Part shown: piece after piece, positions 1 through 9,960 of the stretch
How the letters are laid out: every line of letters starts with the position of its first letter
Position numbering within the stretch: position 1 is the stretch's first letter
DNA from: Deltaproteobacteria bacterium
Lineage (GTDB): Bacteria > Desulfobacterota > Syntrophia > Syntrophales > Smithellaceae
Direction of reading: 5' to 3'
Length of the DNA stretch: 64,000 nt
Assembly: GCA_026388535.1 (NCBI GenBank)
Contig: JAPLJP010000026.1
Span: 1,391-65,390, forward strand
Translations under genes and position numbers: made by a program
The notes under the pieces: generated by a model
Told to the model about the DNA's origin: nothing
Database searches by the model: none
Seen by the model: the letters and a program-made list of their open reading frames with translations, nothing else

Positions 1-327
1 ATTATGGGCGAGGCCCCTTACAGCGATCAGGGCGAAGAATCTTCAACGCCTGTCATTCTGGAGAGCTCCAAGGCACTCGTGGATCATATTGTCTTTCTGG
101 GCAAGAAAGGTCTGGCCGTTCAGCGCTACAAAGGCCTGGGTGAAATGAACCCCGAACAACTGTGGGACACCACGATGAATCCGGAAAAACGCACACTGCT
201 GCAGGTCACTGTCGAAGACGCGGTGCTGGCTGATGAAATATTTACAACACTCATGGGTGATCAGGTCGAACCGCGGCGTGATTTTATATATCAAAATGCC
301 CTGTATGTTTCCAATTTGGACATTTAG
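1..327 (+). CDS. gyrB: DNA gyrase subunit B, C-terminal part (truncated by window edge)
   Basis: [21 protein letters not shown]...[13 protein letters not shown] GyrB C-terminal motif; directly upstream of gyrA. Confidence 0.97.
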   Translation: MMGEAPYSDQGEESSTPVILESSKALVDHIVFLGKKGLAVQRYKGLGEMNPEQLWDTTMNPEKRTLLQVTVEDAVLADEIFTTLMGDQVEPRRDFIYQNALYVSNLDI

Positions 328-399
328 AAAATACTTTTAGATTAATGATTTTGCCGGCTGAAAATCAGTCAGCTTTATATTGAGAGAGGATGAAACAAA

Positions 400-2895
400 A
401 TGGAACGTGATATCCACCACAAGCAAACACTGGTGAATATAGAAGATGAAATGAAAAAATCCTACATGGATTACGCCATGAGCGTCATCATCGGCCGGGC
501 TATTCCCGATGTGCGTGATGGCCTCAAGCCGGTGCACCGCCGGATTTTATATGCCATGTATGAAATGGGCAACCGCTATAACAAACCCTACAAAAAATCC
601 GCCCGTATCGTCGGCGAGATCATGGGTAAATATCATCCGCACGGCGACGCGGCCATTTATGACACCATGGTGCGTATGGCACAGGAATTTTCTCTGCGCT
701 ACATGCTGGTGGACGGACAGGGCAACTTCGGTTCGATTGACGGCGATCCGCCCGCGGCCATGCGTTATACGGAAAGCCGTTTGGCGCGCATTTCCGATGA
801 AGTGCTGGCCGATCTGGAAAAAGAAACCGTTGATTATGTGCCCAACTATGACGAATCACTCACGGAGCCGTCGCTGCTGGCAACACGCATTCCTCTTTTG
901 CTGCTCAATGGAACATCCGGCATCGCTGTCGGTATGGCGACCAATATTCCGCCCCATAACCTGAAGGAAATTATCAACGGCACCATCGCCTGCATTAAGA
1001 ATCCGGATATTACCATCGAACAACTGATGCGACATATTCCGGGTCCTGATTTTCCCACGGCCGGTTTCATCAATGGCCGGGAAGGAATTCTTTCCGCTTA
1101 TAAAACGGGACGAGGCATCATCCGTATCCGAGCGAGGGCGCTGATTGAAAAGAACTCCCGCAACGATAAAGAAACCATTGTCGTCACAGAACTGCCTTAT
1201 CAGGTCAACAAGGCTATGCTGATCGAAAAAATAGCCGAACTGGTGCGCGATAAAAAGATAACCGGCATTTCCGATTTGCGTGACGAATCCGACCGGGACG
1301 GCATCCGTGTGGTAATTGAACTCAAACGGGATGAAAATTCGGCCATCATCCTCAACCAGCTCTATAAATTCACGCAAATGGAAGTCTCCCTGGGCGTCAT
1401 CATGCTGGCGATCTCCGAAAACAAGCCGCAGGTTTTCAACCTCAAAGAAGTGCTCGAAAAATTCATCAGCTTCCGTCGTGATGTTGTCATTCGCCGTACA
1501 AAATTTGATCTGGCGCGCGCCCAGGAACGAGCGCATATTTTAGAAGGCTACATTATCGCTTTAAACAATATCGACGCAATTATTAAAGTCATTAAAGCGT
1601 CGAAGACGCCCGCGGAGGCGGCGGTGCAGTTATGCGCTAAATTCAGTTTATCGGAAATCCAGGCCAAAGCGATTCTGGAGATGAGACTCCAGCGCCTGAC
1701 CGGTCTGGAAAGAGCGAAGATCGACGAAGAATACGCCGAAGTAACCAAACTTATCAAACATCTTCAGGCAATTTTGGATGATCCGCAGAAGGTTCTGCAG
1801 GTTATCATGGATGAACTAAATGAAATCAAGGAACGTTACGGCGATGAACGCCGCACGGAAATTGTCGCCAGCTCCGAAGATATCAATATTGAAGACATGA
1901 TCGTGGAAGAAGATGTGGTCGTGACGATATCCCATACCGGCTATATCAAGCGCAACGCGGTCAGCCTTTACAAGAGCCAGCACCGCGGCGGGCGCGGCAA
2001 GATGGGCATGGGCACGAAGGAAGAAGACTTTGTGGAAAAAATCTTTATTGCCTCCACGCATCATTACCTGCTGGTCTTCACCAGCGCGGGGAAAGTGCAT
2101 TGGTTAAAGGTTTATCAAATACCGCAAGCCGGACGCGCGGCCAAAGGCAAGGCCATGATCAATCTGGTTAATCTGGCGCCGGGTGAAAGTGTCCGGGCGA
2201 CATTACCGGTCAAGGAATTTGTTGAAGATAAATTTATTGTGATGGTAACGAAAAAAGGAATCATCAAAAAAACGGAACTGGCTGCTTACGCCAATCCGCG
2301 TTCCGGAGGCATCATCGCTATTTCTATTGATGAAGGCGATGAACTGGTGGATGTACAGTTGACTATGGGCAATCAGGATATCTTCATAGCATCAAGGTTG
2401 GGCATGGCCATTCGTTTTAAGGAAGATGATGTGCGGGATATGGGCCGAACCGCGCGCGGCGTGCGCGGCATTAATCTGGACGAAGGAGATGATGTTATCG
2501 GTATGGATATTCCCGCCCAGAACACTTTCATGCTTACGGTTTCCGAAAATGGCTTCGGCAAGTGCACGCCGATTGACGAATACCGTGTACAAACCCGCGG
2601 TGGCAAAGGAACAATCAATCTCAAAACGGTGGACAAGGTCGGTAATGTTTCCGGCGTTCTACAGGTTATCGGTGAAGATAACGTCATGTTGATCAGCAAT
2701 GCCGGCAAAGTAATACGTCTGAAGGTACAGGAAATACCGGTCAATCATCGCGTCACGCAGGGCGTGAAGCTGATTGAACTGGATCCCGAAGAAAAACTCG
2801 TCGGTGTAGCACGAACTACTTCTGAGACAGAAAGCAGCGGAAACGGCGATGACGACGCTGATGGAACTGCCGAAGACAACGGCGTTGAAGAATAG
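400..2895 (+). CDS. gyrA: DNA gyrase subunit A
   Basis: [21 protein letters not shown] catalytic Tyr, GyrA-box QHRGGRG, beta-pinwheel repeats, acidic tail. Confidence 0.99.
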   Translation: MERDIHHKQTLVNIEDEMKKSYMDYAMSVIIGRAIPDVRDGLKPVHRRILYAMYEMGNRYNKPYKKSARIVGEIMGKYHPHGDAAIYDTMVRMAQEFSLRYMLVDGQGNFGSIDGDPPAAMRYTESRLARISDEVLADLEKETVDYVPNYDESLTEPSLLATRIPLLLLNGTSGIAVGMATNIPPHNLKEIINGTIACIKNPDITIEQLMRHIPGPDFPTAGFINGREGILSAYKTGRGIIRIRARALIEKNSRNDKETIVVTELPYQVNKAMLIEKIAELVRDKKITGISDLRDESDRDGIRVVIELKRDENSAIILNQLYKFTQMEVSLGVIMLAISENKPQVFNLKEVLEKFISFRRDVVIRRTKFDLARAQERAHILEGYIIALNNIDAIIKVIKASKTPAEAAVQLCAKFSLSEIQAKAILEMRLQRLTGLERAKIDEEYAEVTKLIKHLQAILDDPQKVLQVIMDELNEIKERYGDERRTEIVASSEDINIEDMIVEEDVVVTISHTGYIKRNAVSLYKSQHRGGRGKMGMGTKEEDFVEKIFIASTHHYLLVFTSAGKVHWLKVYQIPQAGRAAKGKAMINLVNLAPGESVRATLPVKEFVEDKFIVMVTKKGIIKKTELAAYANPRSGGIIAISIDEGDELVDVQLTMGNQDIFIASRLGMAIRFKEDDVRDMGRTARGVRGINLDEGDDVIGMDIPAQNTFMLTVSENGFGKCTPIDEYRVQTRGGKGTINLKTVDKVGNVSGVLQVIGEDNVMLISNAGKVIRLKVQEIPVNHRVTQGVKLIELDPEEKLVGVARTTSETESSGNGDDDADGTAEDNGVEE

Positions 2896-3175
2896 TAGTG
2901 AGCCAAGCTAAGAGCGAACGTAGTGACGCTCGAAGCGTAAGGCGAACTATCCCCGAAGCGCAGCGAATGGGGATCGGAGCCAAGTTAATAATGAGACCCA
3001 AGCTTCAGAAACAAAGTGTACTGAAGCTTGCTGGACGAATTATACCAGGCACGAAGTGCCGTGGTAAATAGAAGTCTTAATAAATAAGTTTTTATAAAAG
3101 AATAATCATGGAACACAAGCTTCATCATCGTAAGAGTTGAAGCTTGTGCATTGCGTTATTTCGCAAAGTGGAAAA
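2896..3175 (+). repeat. Three tandem copies of dispersed double-hairpin element (family H): 2896-2973, 2989-3066, degenerate 3106-3175
   Basis: TAATGAGACC-CAAGCTTCAG-AAACAAAGTGTA-CTGAAGCTTG-CTGGACGAATTA-TACC..GGTA; homologous to copies at 4400, 9961, 13628, 29012, 46031. Confidence 0.8.
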
Positions 3176-3317
3176 TCAAAACCCGTGGTATAAACCGATT
3201 CATAAAAACAATTTTGGCTGTAATATAATCTAAATCAATTTCATTATGATCGGTCCGATGTTAACCAAAAAAAATATATAGAAAACCGATTAGTAATGCA
3301 AAATCTAGGAGGCTCAT

Positions 3318-3929
3318 ATGGTTCTTAATTGGTGGCATTCCCCGGAAATAATAAGCAAATTACAAATAATTATAGCTGTCCTGATTATATGCCTTACTGG
3401 TTTTGGATTATTACTCAAAGTGCAGGGAGATCGCCTCAAAAAACAAATAGAAAAAGAAAAAACTACTGAATTACAAAATGAATTAACAATGACGAAGAAT
3501 AAACTGAACAACTCTGACCAAACAATTAAACAACTAACCATAGTGACAGAGCAGGCGAAAGGGCAAATAAATAATCTGGCGGATGATTCAATAAAGGCAC
3601 ACAAAACAATAGAAGCTTTAAATATTAAAGCAAAAAAAGCGGAGAGAGGTATCTCCTCAACATATGATTTCCAAGGGATTAAACGTGATATTTCACCAGG
3701 TGTCATTAAGGCAAACATGGGAGAAGAAACAGAGGTATTTAAGAAATTGGTCAACTTAGAAAAAGAGAAAAAATATCCCGATTTGGCATCTCTCTGTAAA
3801 TCACAAATAGTTAAAACTCCCGACTGGCTCACACCATATTTATTTCTTGGTGTGGCCCAAGCCAATATGGGCCTCAAGACAGAGGCTCTTTCAAATTTTG
3901 AACATGTTATTAAAAATGCTCCTGGAGCC
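3318..3929 (+). CDS. AT-rich protein (N-terminal TM helix, coiled coil, TPR-like end); no stop codon of its own, reads in frame into archease
   Basis: AGGAGG RBS at ~3307; hydrophobic IIIAVLIICLTGFGLLL; TPR-like PYLFLGVAQANMGLKTEALSNFEHVIK; ORF continues to 4352. Confidence 0.65.
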
Positions 3930-4352
3930 ATGTCCAACTACAAATTCTTTGATCATACGGCAGATATCGGTGTTGAAGTGACGGGCCGGACCAGAAGAGA
4001 GCTTTTTGTGACCGCTGCCGGGGCTTTGTTTGATGTAATGATTGAGAGCAAAACCGGTGAGGCTTCGGAAAAACAGCATAAAACAATAACGATTGAAGGC
4101 GCGGACGCTGCCGACTTGCTGATTAATTTTTTACGGGAGCTTCTTTATCTGTTCAATGGCGAAAAGTTTATAATAGTTCGGTGCGAAATGATTAAGTTCA
4201 CCAATAAAGAATTGCAGGCACGGTTGACAGGAGAATCGTTTAACAACAAAAAACATTTGATTAAAACCGAGATCAAGGCGGTAACCTATTCCGGCGCACA
4301 GGTTGAGAAACTTGAAGATCACTGGACAGCAAGGGTGATCTTCGACGTTTGA
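3930..4352 (+). CDS. Archease (RtcB activator)
   Basis: MSNYKFFDHTADIG N-terminal motif, EIKAVTY and C-terminal VIFDV; own GGAG RBS at 3924; upstream of rtcB. Confidence 0.93.
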   Translation: MSNYKFFDHTADIGVEVTGRTRRELFVTAAGALFDVMIESKTGEASEKQHKTITIEGADAADLLINFLRELLYLFNGEKFIIVRCEMIKFTNKELQARLTGESFNNKKHLIKTEIKAVTYSGAQVEKLEDHWTARVIFDV

Positions 4353-4361
4353 AAAGTATAA

Positions 4362-4585
4362 AAGTCCCCCTTTTTTAAAGGGGGAGTAAGGGGGATTTAA
4401 ATGACACTTGCTGAAATCGCGCAGAGCGAAGATTGAAGCATCAGTGGAGGTATCCCACGGCGCTTTGCGCCTGGGATAGTTCGTCCAACAAATTTTAGCG
4501 CGTTATACTTCTAAAATTTGGGACTCACTAAATCTCCCCTAGCCCCTCTTTACCCTAAAGGGCACACGTAAAAAAGAGGGGGAAA
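4362..4585. repeat. Nested repeat cluster: outer inverted CCCCCTTT..AAAGGGGG-type pair enclosing an inverted doublet of family H (4400-4530), plus TACCCTAAAGGGCAC insert at 4551
   Basis: GTCCCCCTTTTTTAAAGGGGGAGTAAGGGGGATTT ... AATCTCCCCTAGCCCCTCTT[insert]AAAGAGGGGG; the inner copies share the hairpin TCCCACGGCGCTTTGCGCCTGGGA. Confidence 0.7.
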
Positions 4586-4700
4586 ACTCATTTGAAACAG
4601 AGGTGCTTTAAATCATTTATATATTAACCGAATTTTATCCACCTCCGTCACTGCGTGACACCTCCGCCAGCGGAGGACATTAACTTGAAGAGAATGCATC

Positions 4701-6143
4701 ATGTCTGGAATTGTTTTAGAAAAGTTAGATGATAACCGCTGGCTGCTTCCTCAAACAGGCGGCATGCGCGTGCCGGGGATTATCTACGCCAATGAAAAAA
4801 TCTATCAGCTCTTACGTGGCGACGAAAGCGCGAAGCAGGTGGCCAATGTAGCGCATTTGCCCGGTATTGTAAATTACTCGCTGGCCATGCCGGATGTCCA
4901 CTGGGGGTATGGCTTTCCCATCGGCGGTGTGGCGGCCTTTGATCTGGACGGCGGCATTATTTCGCCGGGCGGCGTCGGTTACGATATCAACTGCGGCTGC
5001 CGTCTGATGACAACGAATTTAACTCTGGATGATATTAAGGCAAGACTCAGCGATTTAACCACGGCCTTGTATCAGCATATCCCTTCCGGCGTCGGCTCGA
5101 CCGGTTCGGTAAAATTATCGGGGAAGGATCAGAAGAAGGTGCTCGAAGATGGCGCGGCCTGGGCGGTCAAGGCGGGTTTCGGTTTACAGGAGGATCTGGA
5201 AACAACGGAAGACGGCGGCGCCATTAAAGGGGCCGATCCGGAGCAGGTATCGGCACGCGCGCTGGAGCGCGGCAAACAGCAGTTGGGCACGCTTGGGTCC
5301 GGCAATCATTTTCTGGAAATTGAGGTTGTTCAGGAAATCTTCGATGAAGAAGCGGCCCAGGCCTTTGGTTTGCGCAAAGGGCAGATTGCCGTCATGATTC
5401 ATACCGGTTCGCGCGGCCTGGGTTATCAGATTTGTGATGATTATCTGGCGTTGATGGTCAAGCACGCTCGCGACACAGGCATAGAGCTTCCGGACAGACA
5501 ACTGGCCTGCGCCTATTTGGAGTCGGGACGGGGGAAAAATTATCTGGCGGCCATGGCTTGCGGCGCCAATTACGCCTGGGCCAACCGGCAAATTCTGATG
5601 CATCGCACACGGGAAATATTTGAAAAAACTCTGCGCATGTCGCCGCGTGAAGTGAATATGCGGCTTGTTTATGACGTCTGCCATAACATTGCCAAGATAG
5701 AAGAATTTAGCATCGGCGGAATTATGAAGAAACTTTGCGTTCACCGCAAAGGCGCGACACGCGCTTTTCCCGCCGGACATGAAGCGGTTCCCGCGCGCTA
5801 CAAAAGTGTCGGCCAGCCGGTGCTCATTCCCGGCGATATGGGCAGCGGCTCGTATGTGCTGGTTGGTCAGGAAAAGGCGATGTCGGAAACTTTCGGCAGC
5901 GCCTGTCACGGAGCGGGCAGGGTGATGAGCCGGACGCAGGCAATCAAATCCAGCCGTGGGCGTTCCATCAGCCGCGAACTGGCCGAGCAGGGTGTTTTGG
6001 TGATGGCCGGATCCAAAGGCACGCTCAGCGAAGAAATGCCCGAAGCTTATAAAAATGTGCAGGACGTTGTGCAAGTGATGCACGATTCAGGAATTGCCAG
6101 AAAAGTGGCGAAATTGAAATCCATTTCTTGTATAAAGGGTTAA
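4701..6143 (+). CDS. rtcB: RtcB 3'-phosphate/5'-OH RNA ligase
   Basis: MPDVHWGYGFPIGGV, GYDINCG, GSGNHF, HNIA, HRKGAT, HGAGR motifs. Confidence 0.97.
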   Translation: MSGIVLEKLDDNRWLLPQTGGMRVPGIIYANEKIYQLLRGDESAKQVANVAHLPGIVNYSLAMPDVHWGYGFPIGGVAAFDLDGGIISPGGVGYDINCGCRLMTTNLTLDDIKARLSDLTTALYQHIPSGVGSTGSVKLSGKDQKKVLEDGAAWAVKAGFGLQEDLETTEDGGAIKGADPEQVSARALERGKQQLGTLGSGNHFLEIEVVQEIFDEEAAQAFGLRKGQIAVMIHTGSRGLGYQICDDYLALMVKHARDTGIELPDRQLACAYLESGRGKNYLAAMACGANYAWANRQILMHRTREIFEKTLRMSPREVNMRLVYDVCHNIAKIEEFSIGGIMKKLCVHRKGATRAFPAGHEAVPARYKSVGQPVLIPGDMGSGSYVLVGQEKAMSETFGSACHGAGRVMSRTQAIKSSRGRSISRELAEQGVLVMAGSKGTLSEEMPEAYKNVQDVVQVMHDSGIARKVAKLKSISCIKG

Positions 6144-6214
6144 TGGTGGAACCGCTTCGCTTGTTCCACAAACTGACGCCTCATGTGTTGAGAGCTGGCA
6201 CGAAAATGAAGATT

Positions 6215-6326
6215 TTCCCGCCCCTGGTGGGCGGGAATTAAAGGGCGGGGGATTTTATTAAAAGGGTTTCACCCTCCTTTTAATTTCCTCTACCCTAAAG
6301 GGCACCATGGCCGTCGAGGGAGGAAA
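6215..6326. repeat. REP-like inverted pair containing a 20-bp TACCCTAAAGGGCACCATGG insert (6291-6310)
   Basis: TTCCCGCCC-CTGGT-GGGCGGGAA hairpin; second arm CACCCTCC..TTCCTC[insert]CCGTCGAGGGAGGAA. Confidence 0.6.
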
Positions 6327-6412
6327 GATAAGAAATTGAGCATAGGACTGTTTAGTGGAAAAAATGGTGAAGCTGGTGTAAGAGGAGTTGAAAATATTTC
6401 CGGGAGAACAAA

Positions 6413-6733
6413 ATGACCGAAATCATTTTTGATAAAAATGAAGATTGGGAAAACAGAATCCTGTGCAGTGATGAATCATGTATTGGAACTATCGGTCCTG
6501 ATGGTAAATGCAGGGAATGCGGAAAACCTCACGAAGGTGAACTCCCCTCGGAACAAGGCGCAAGAATTGGTCAAGCTGTGACGACAGAAGAGCACAAATC
6601 AGTTTCTTCAACAAATTTGGATTGTGGCGACGATTGGGATAAAAGAGTTTTATGTAGTGATGAATCCTGTATCGGCACCATCGGTTCCAGCGGCCGCTGT
6701 CGTGAATGCGGCAAACCCTCTATTAACAAATAA
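6413..6733 (+). CDS. Small protein with two near-identical Cys4 (probable Zn-binding) repeats
   Basis: WENRILCSDESCIGTIGPDGKCRECGKP and WDKRVLCSDESCIGTIGSSGRCRECGKP; GGGAG RBS. Confidence 0.8.
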   Translation: MTEIIFDKNEDWENRILCSDESCIGTIGPDGKCRECGKPHEGELPSEQGARIGQAVTTEEHKSVSSTNLDCGDDWDKRVLCSDESCIGTIGSSGRCRECGKPSINK

Positions 6734-6908
6734 ACACTTCATTAGGTACCTTGCCTCAATAAGTCGTCCGTTCTCAACTAAACCGCCTGGTAAACTCACT
6801 ATTTAAACTATTTTAGTTTATCAACAGTTATTATCCATGCTGTAATCATATAAGTAGTTGAATGTCTGAATATATATTAAAAACAAAAGTAAAAATATTT
6901 TAAAAATG

Positions 6909-6951
6909 TTGACAGGTTATATAATATTTAATATTTACCAGCGGGTAAATA
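6909..6951 (+). promoter_or_regulatory. Sigma70-type promoter with overlapping 8-4-8 palindromic operator upstream of the HMG-CoA reductase gene
   Basis: TTGACA at 6909; TATTTACC-AGCG-GGTAAATA at 6932-6951 over the -10 region. Confidence 0.55.
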
Positions 6952-7037
6952 ATTTTTAGATATATAAAGTTTGGGGAAGTTGAGCGAGATATACCGGCAA
7001 TTCAATAATTCTATAAGAATAGCAAAGGGGTTTTTAT

Positions 7038-8222
7038 ATGGATGAGAAAATACCGCGGTCGAGTGAAAACGACTATTCAACAGACATAACTAAGGCACGT
7101 CAGAAATTTATTGAATCAAAAACAGGTGTGAATCTAAAGCACGTTAAAAAATACTCATTTGATCCCGGAATTCTTCCCGGCAACATCGAGCATTTCACTG
7201 GTGTGGCGCAGGTGCCTATCGGGATTGCGGGACCAGTGCTTGTCAACGGCGAGCATGCCAACGGCGATTTTTATGTTCCCCTCGCGACTACGGAGGGCAC
7301 GCTGGTGGCAAGCTATAACAGGGGCATGAAAATAACCAGGATGAGCGGCGGAATCGACGTAACGATATCGGACGACGCGATGCAGAGAGCCCCTGTTTTT
7401 ATTTTCAAGAATGCCCGTGAAGCGCGGGACTTCGGGCTCTGGCTGGACAAAAGTTTCCTCGAAATAAAGGCGCAGGCCGAAACAACCACCAGTATCGGCA
7501 AACTAGTGATCATCGAACGCTATCACGCGGGAAGGTATATGTATCTGCGGTTCGATTACACCACCGGCGATGCGGCCGGGCAGAACATGACCGGCAAGGC
7601 GACATTCATGGCGTGCGAGTGGATTCGGTCGCACTATGAACCGGCGAAAGTGTACATCCTCGATTCGAATTTCGCGACCGATAAAAAGGCCTCAATGATA
7701 AACACCCTGAAAACGCGCGGGAAACGGGTCACCGCCGAGGTGACCATACCTGAGGCGATAGTGCGGAGCGAGATGAACAGCTCTCCGTTCAAGCTCGAAT
7801 ACGGTCTGAAAGTTTCGATGATCGGCAGTTATATGTCGGGGGCAATGAACAACGGACTCCATTCAGCGAACGCGCTGGCGGCGCTCTTTATAGCCACCGG
7901 CCAGGACGCGGCAAACGTCGCGGAATCGCATACCGCGGTGGTGAACGCGGAACGGACAAGGGAGGGAGACTTCTATTATTCCATCACTATCCCATCGCTT
8001 ATAGTCGCCACATACGGGGGCGGCACTGGCCTCGCCACACAGCGGGAATGCCTTGAGATACTTGGGTGCTTCGGGGTGGGAAAGGTGATGAAATTCGCCG
8101 AAATAGCCGCAGCGACGGCACTTGCAGGGGAGATATCCCTCATGAGCGCTATTAATATAGACAAGCTGTCCCGCGCCATAGATTGGGTATCGAGCCACGA
8201 TAAAATGGGACGTAACCGTTAA
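7038..8222 (+). CDS. Class I-type HMG-CoA reductase family protein
   Basis: PLATTEGTLVAS, TGDAAGQNM, NFATDKK, ATYGGGT, C-terminal catalytic His (SSHDKMGR). Confidence 0.9.
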   Translation: MDEKIPRSSENDYSTDITKARQKFIESKTGVNLKHVKKYSFDPGILPGNIEHFTGVAQVPIGIAGPVLVNGEHANGDFYVPLATTEGTLVASYNRGMKITRMSGGIDVTISDDAMQRAPVFIFKNAREARDFGLWLDKSFLEIKAQAETTTSIGKLVIIERYHAGRYMYLRFDYTTGDAAGQNMTGKATFMACEWIRSHYEPAKVYILDSNFATDKKASMINTLKTRGKRVTAEVTIPEAIVRSEMNSSPFKLEYGLKVSMIGSYMSGAMNNGLHSANALAALFIATGQDAANVAESHTAVVNAERTREGDFYYSITIPSLIVATYGGGTGLATQRECLEILGCFGVGKVMKFAEIAAATALAGEISLMSAINIDKLSRAIDWVSSHDKMGRNR

Positions 8223-8343
8223 AGATACTATTTTTTAATAGTCAATAGTCACCTTAACGTTTTCCTCTTTCAAAGCTAATTGATCCGGTGGCGGGAGAAA
8301 ATCTTTTACGATTTTTAATTTTCCCATTTGTTCGTCCGTAAAT

Positions 8344-8961
8344 TCAGCGCACGCCAATTCGTTGAAGATATTTATTGTGCAATTTAGTAAGCAGTATGAG
8401 GGCGACAATCGAACCTATCAGACACCAGAACATATCGGTTTGCGTATCCCAGATGTAACCCTGTGTTCCGAGAAAAGCTTCCGTATCGGCTGGATTGGAA
8501 AGGGATGCCATCCATTCAATGATTTCATACAATGCGGAAAAAGCCAGAGGCACACAGATGGAAACAAAGCCAAGCATTTTACCTCGCTTAAGCGGAGATG
8601 TGCGCGCTATAATTTCACGGGTATATATAGCCGGACCGAAGCCCTGCATGAAATGCCCGATCTTGTCATAATTATTGCGGGTCCATCCGAACCAGTCTTC
8701 CATCCAGAATCCCAGTGGTACTTTGGCGTAAGAATAATGACCACCAAACATCAAAATTACGGCGTGGATGGCGATCAGAGTATAGGTTAAATTGGTCAGC
8801 GGGAATCTTTTATATGTAAGCAGTATGATCGGCAAGGCGATCATGAAAGGAGCTGTTTCCAAAACCCATGTCAGGCGGGTATCATGCGGCCCGATTCCGG
8901 ACCACGCCCAGAAGAGAAGGACGATTGCTAATAATATGATGTGATAGTTTTTAGATGACAT
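8344..8961 (-). CDS. DUF2238/YjdF-like inner membrane protein
   Basis: GGHYSYAKVPLG, RNNYDKIGHF, FLGTQGYIWDTQTDM; multiple TM segments. Confidence 0.85.
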   Translation of the reverse strand: MSSKNYHIILLAIVLLFWAWSGIGPHDTRLTWVLETAPFMIALPIILLTYKRFPLTNLTYTLIAIHAVILMFGGHYSYAKVPLGFWMEDWFGWTRNNYDKIGHFMQGFGPAIYTREIIARTSPLKRGKMLGFVSICVPLAFSALYEIIEWMASLSNPADTEAFLGTQGYIWDTQTDMFWCLIGSIVALILLTKLHNKYLQRIGVR

Positions 8962-9022
8962 ATTCTATTTGTTGTCCGAACCATCAGTTGGATGAAAAGA
9001 AATGCCGATTTATTATGATTGT

Positions 9023-9060
9023 GTTCCTAATTGAGGATATTAATATCCTCAATTAGGAAC
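9023..9060. repeat. Perfect 38-bp palindrome with no spacer
   Basis: GTTCCTAATTGAGGATATT|AATATCCTCAATTAGGAAC. Confidence 0.95.
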
Positions 9061-9074
9061 TTGTTAATATAGGC

Positions 9075-9923
9075 TTATTGAACTTTTAATCCAATTCTAT
9101 CCCAACGCACTACTTGCTTTTCCTTGTACCACGACCAGTAAATAAATTTTACAGTACCTTGTATTTTTGTTTTTTCTACAGGACCAAAAAACCGGCTGTC
9201 AAGGCTTTCATCTCTGTTATCACCCAATACAAAATAAAAGTCTGCCGGTATTACTATAGGTCCAAAGTTGTCCCGCGGTTGTTGACTTGCCGGATATATA
9301 ACTGCGTCATGATAAGTAACATAGCTCTCTTTCACGGGATTGCCATTAATAATAAGTTGTTTGTTTCTAATTTCTACAGTTTCACCCCCAATTGCTACAA
9401 CTCGTTTTACTAAATCTTTAGATGGATTATTAAAGTATTTAAAAACTATCACATCATTTTTTTGAGGATTTTTGGCTGACTGGGTTCGATCAACAAGGAT
9501 ATGATCACCTTTAAGTATTGTCGGCTCCATTGTCGTAGAAGGAATTTTATAGGCTTTAATAATATTGAATTTAACAACTGTTGATACGGTAAAGCTTAAA
9601 ATTGCAACCAGCGTAGCAATTCCAATATAGAAGATTGTTTTATTATATTTTTTTAAATGGTATTCGACACTAAATTTTTTTGCAGTTTTTACAGCATCAA
9701 TAAAAACATAGATATAAAATGCCATACATATGATCACATATGCAACAAGAAAAAACTTAATATAGTTGCTGTAAAGACATATGATTTTTGCTGGAATAAT
9801 AAAAAAAGGGAGTGCATAAATCAAAAAAGCTTTTTTAAGTTCACCGTTGTAAACTTGCCCAAGTCCTGGTTGAATTAGACTTAATAATCCCGCAGCCCAT
9901 ACGTCTCTTGGTTTATTTTCCAT
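9075..9923 (-). CDS. lepB: Signal peptidase I paralog with extra N-terminal TM region, AT-rich
   Basis: IPSTTMEPT (catalytic Ser), LVKRVV (Lys), GDNRDESLDSRFFG. Confidence 0.88.
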   Translation of the reverse strand: MENKPRDVWAAGLLSLIQPGLGQVYNGELKKAFLIYALPFFIIPAKIICLYSNYIKFFLVAYVIICMAFYIYVFIDAVKTAKKFSVEYHLKKYNKTIFYIGIATLVAILSFTVSTVVKFNIIKAYKIPSTTMEPTILKGDHILVDRTQSAKNPQKNDVIVFKYFNNPSKDLVKRVVAIGGETVEIRNKQLIINGNPVKESYVTYHDAVIYPASQQPRDNFGPIVIPADFYFVLGDNRDESLDSRFFGPVEKTKIQGTVKFIYWSWYKEKQVVRWDRIGLKVQ

Positions 9924-9960
9924 AAAGTTTTTTATTTAATATTCTTCGGTATCATTACTC

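Noticed and set aside
2896-3175. Tandem hairpin copies as a CRISPR array
   Set aside because: Units are 60-80 bp, divergent, lack unique regular spacers, are dispersed across the window, and no cas genes are present
5184-6083. Long antisense or alternate-frame ORFs (also 856-1536, 40614-41297, 50361-51062, 51565-52221)
   Set aside because: Shadows of well-supported genes with no recognisable motifs
6196-6212. TGGCACG as a sigma54 promoter near rtcB
   Set aside because: The -12 TTGC element is absent (TGAA) and the site is downstream of rtcB
6818-6840. DnaA-box-like TTATCAACA / TTATCCATG in an AT-rich spacer
   Set aside because: Only mismatched boxes and too few to call an origin
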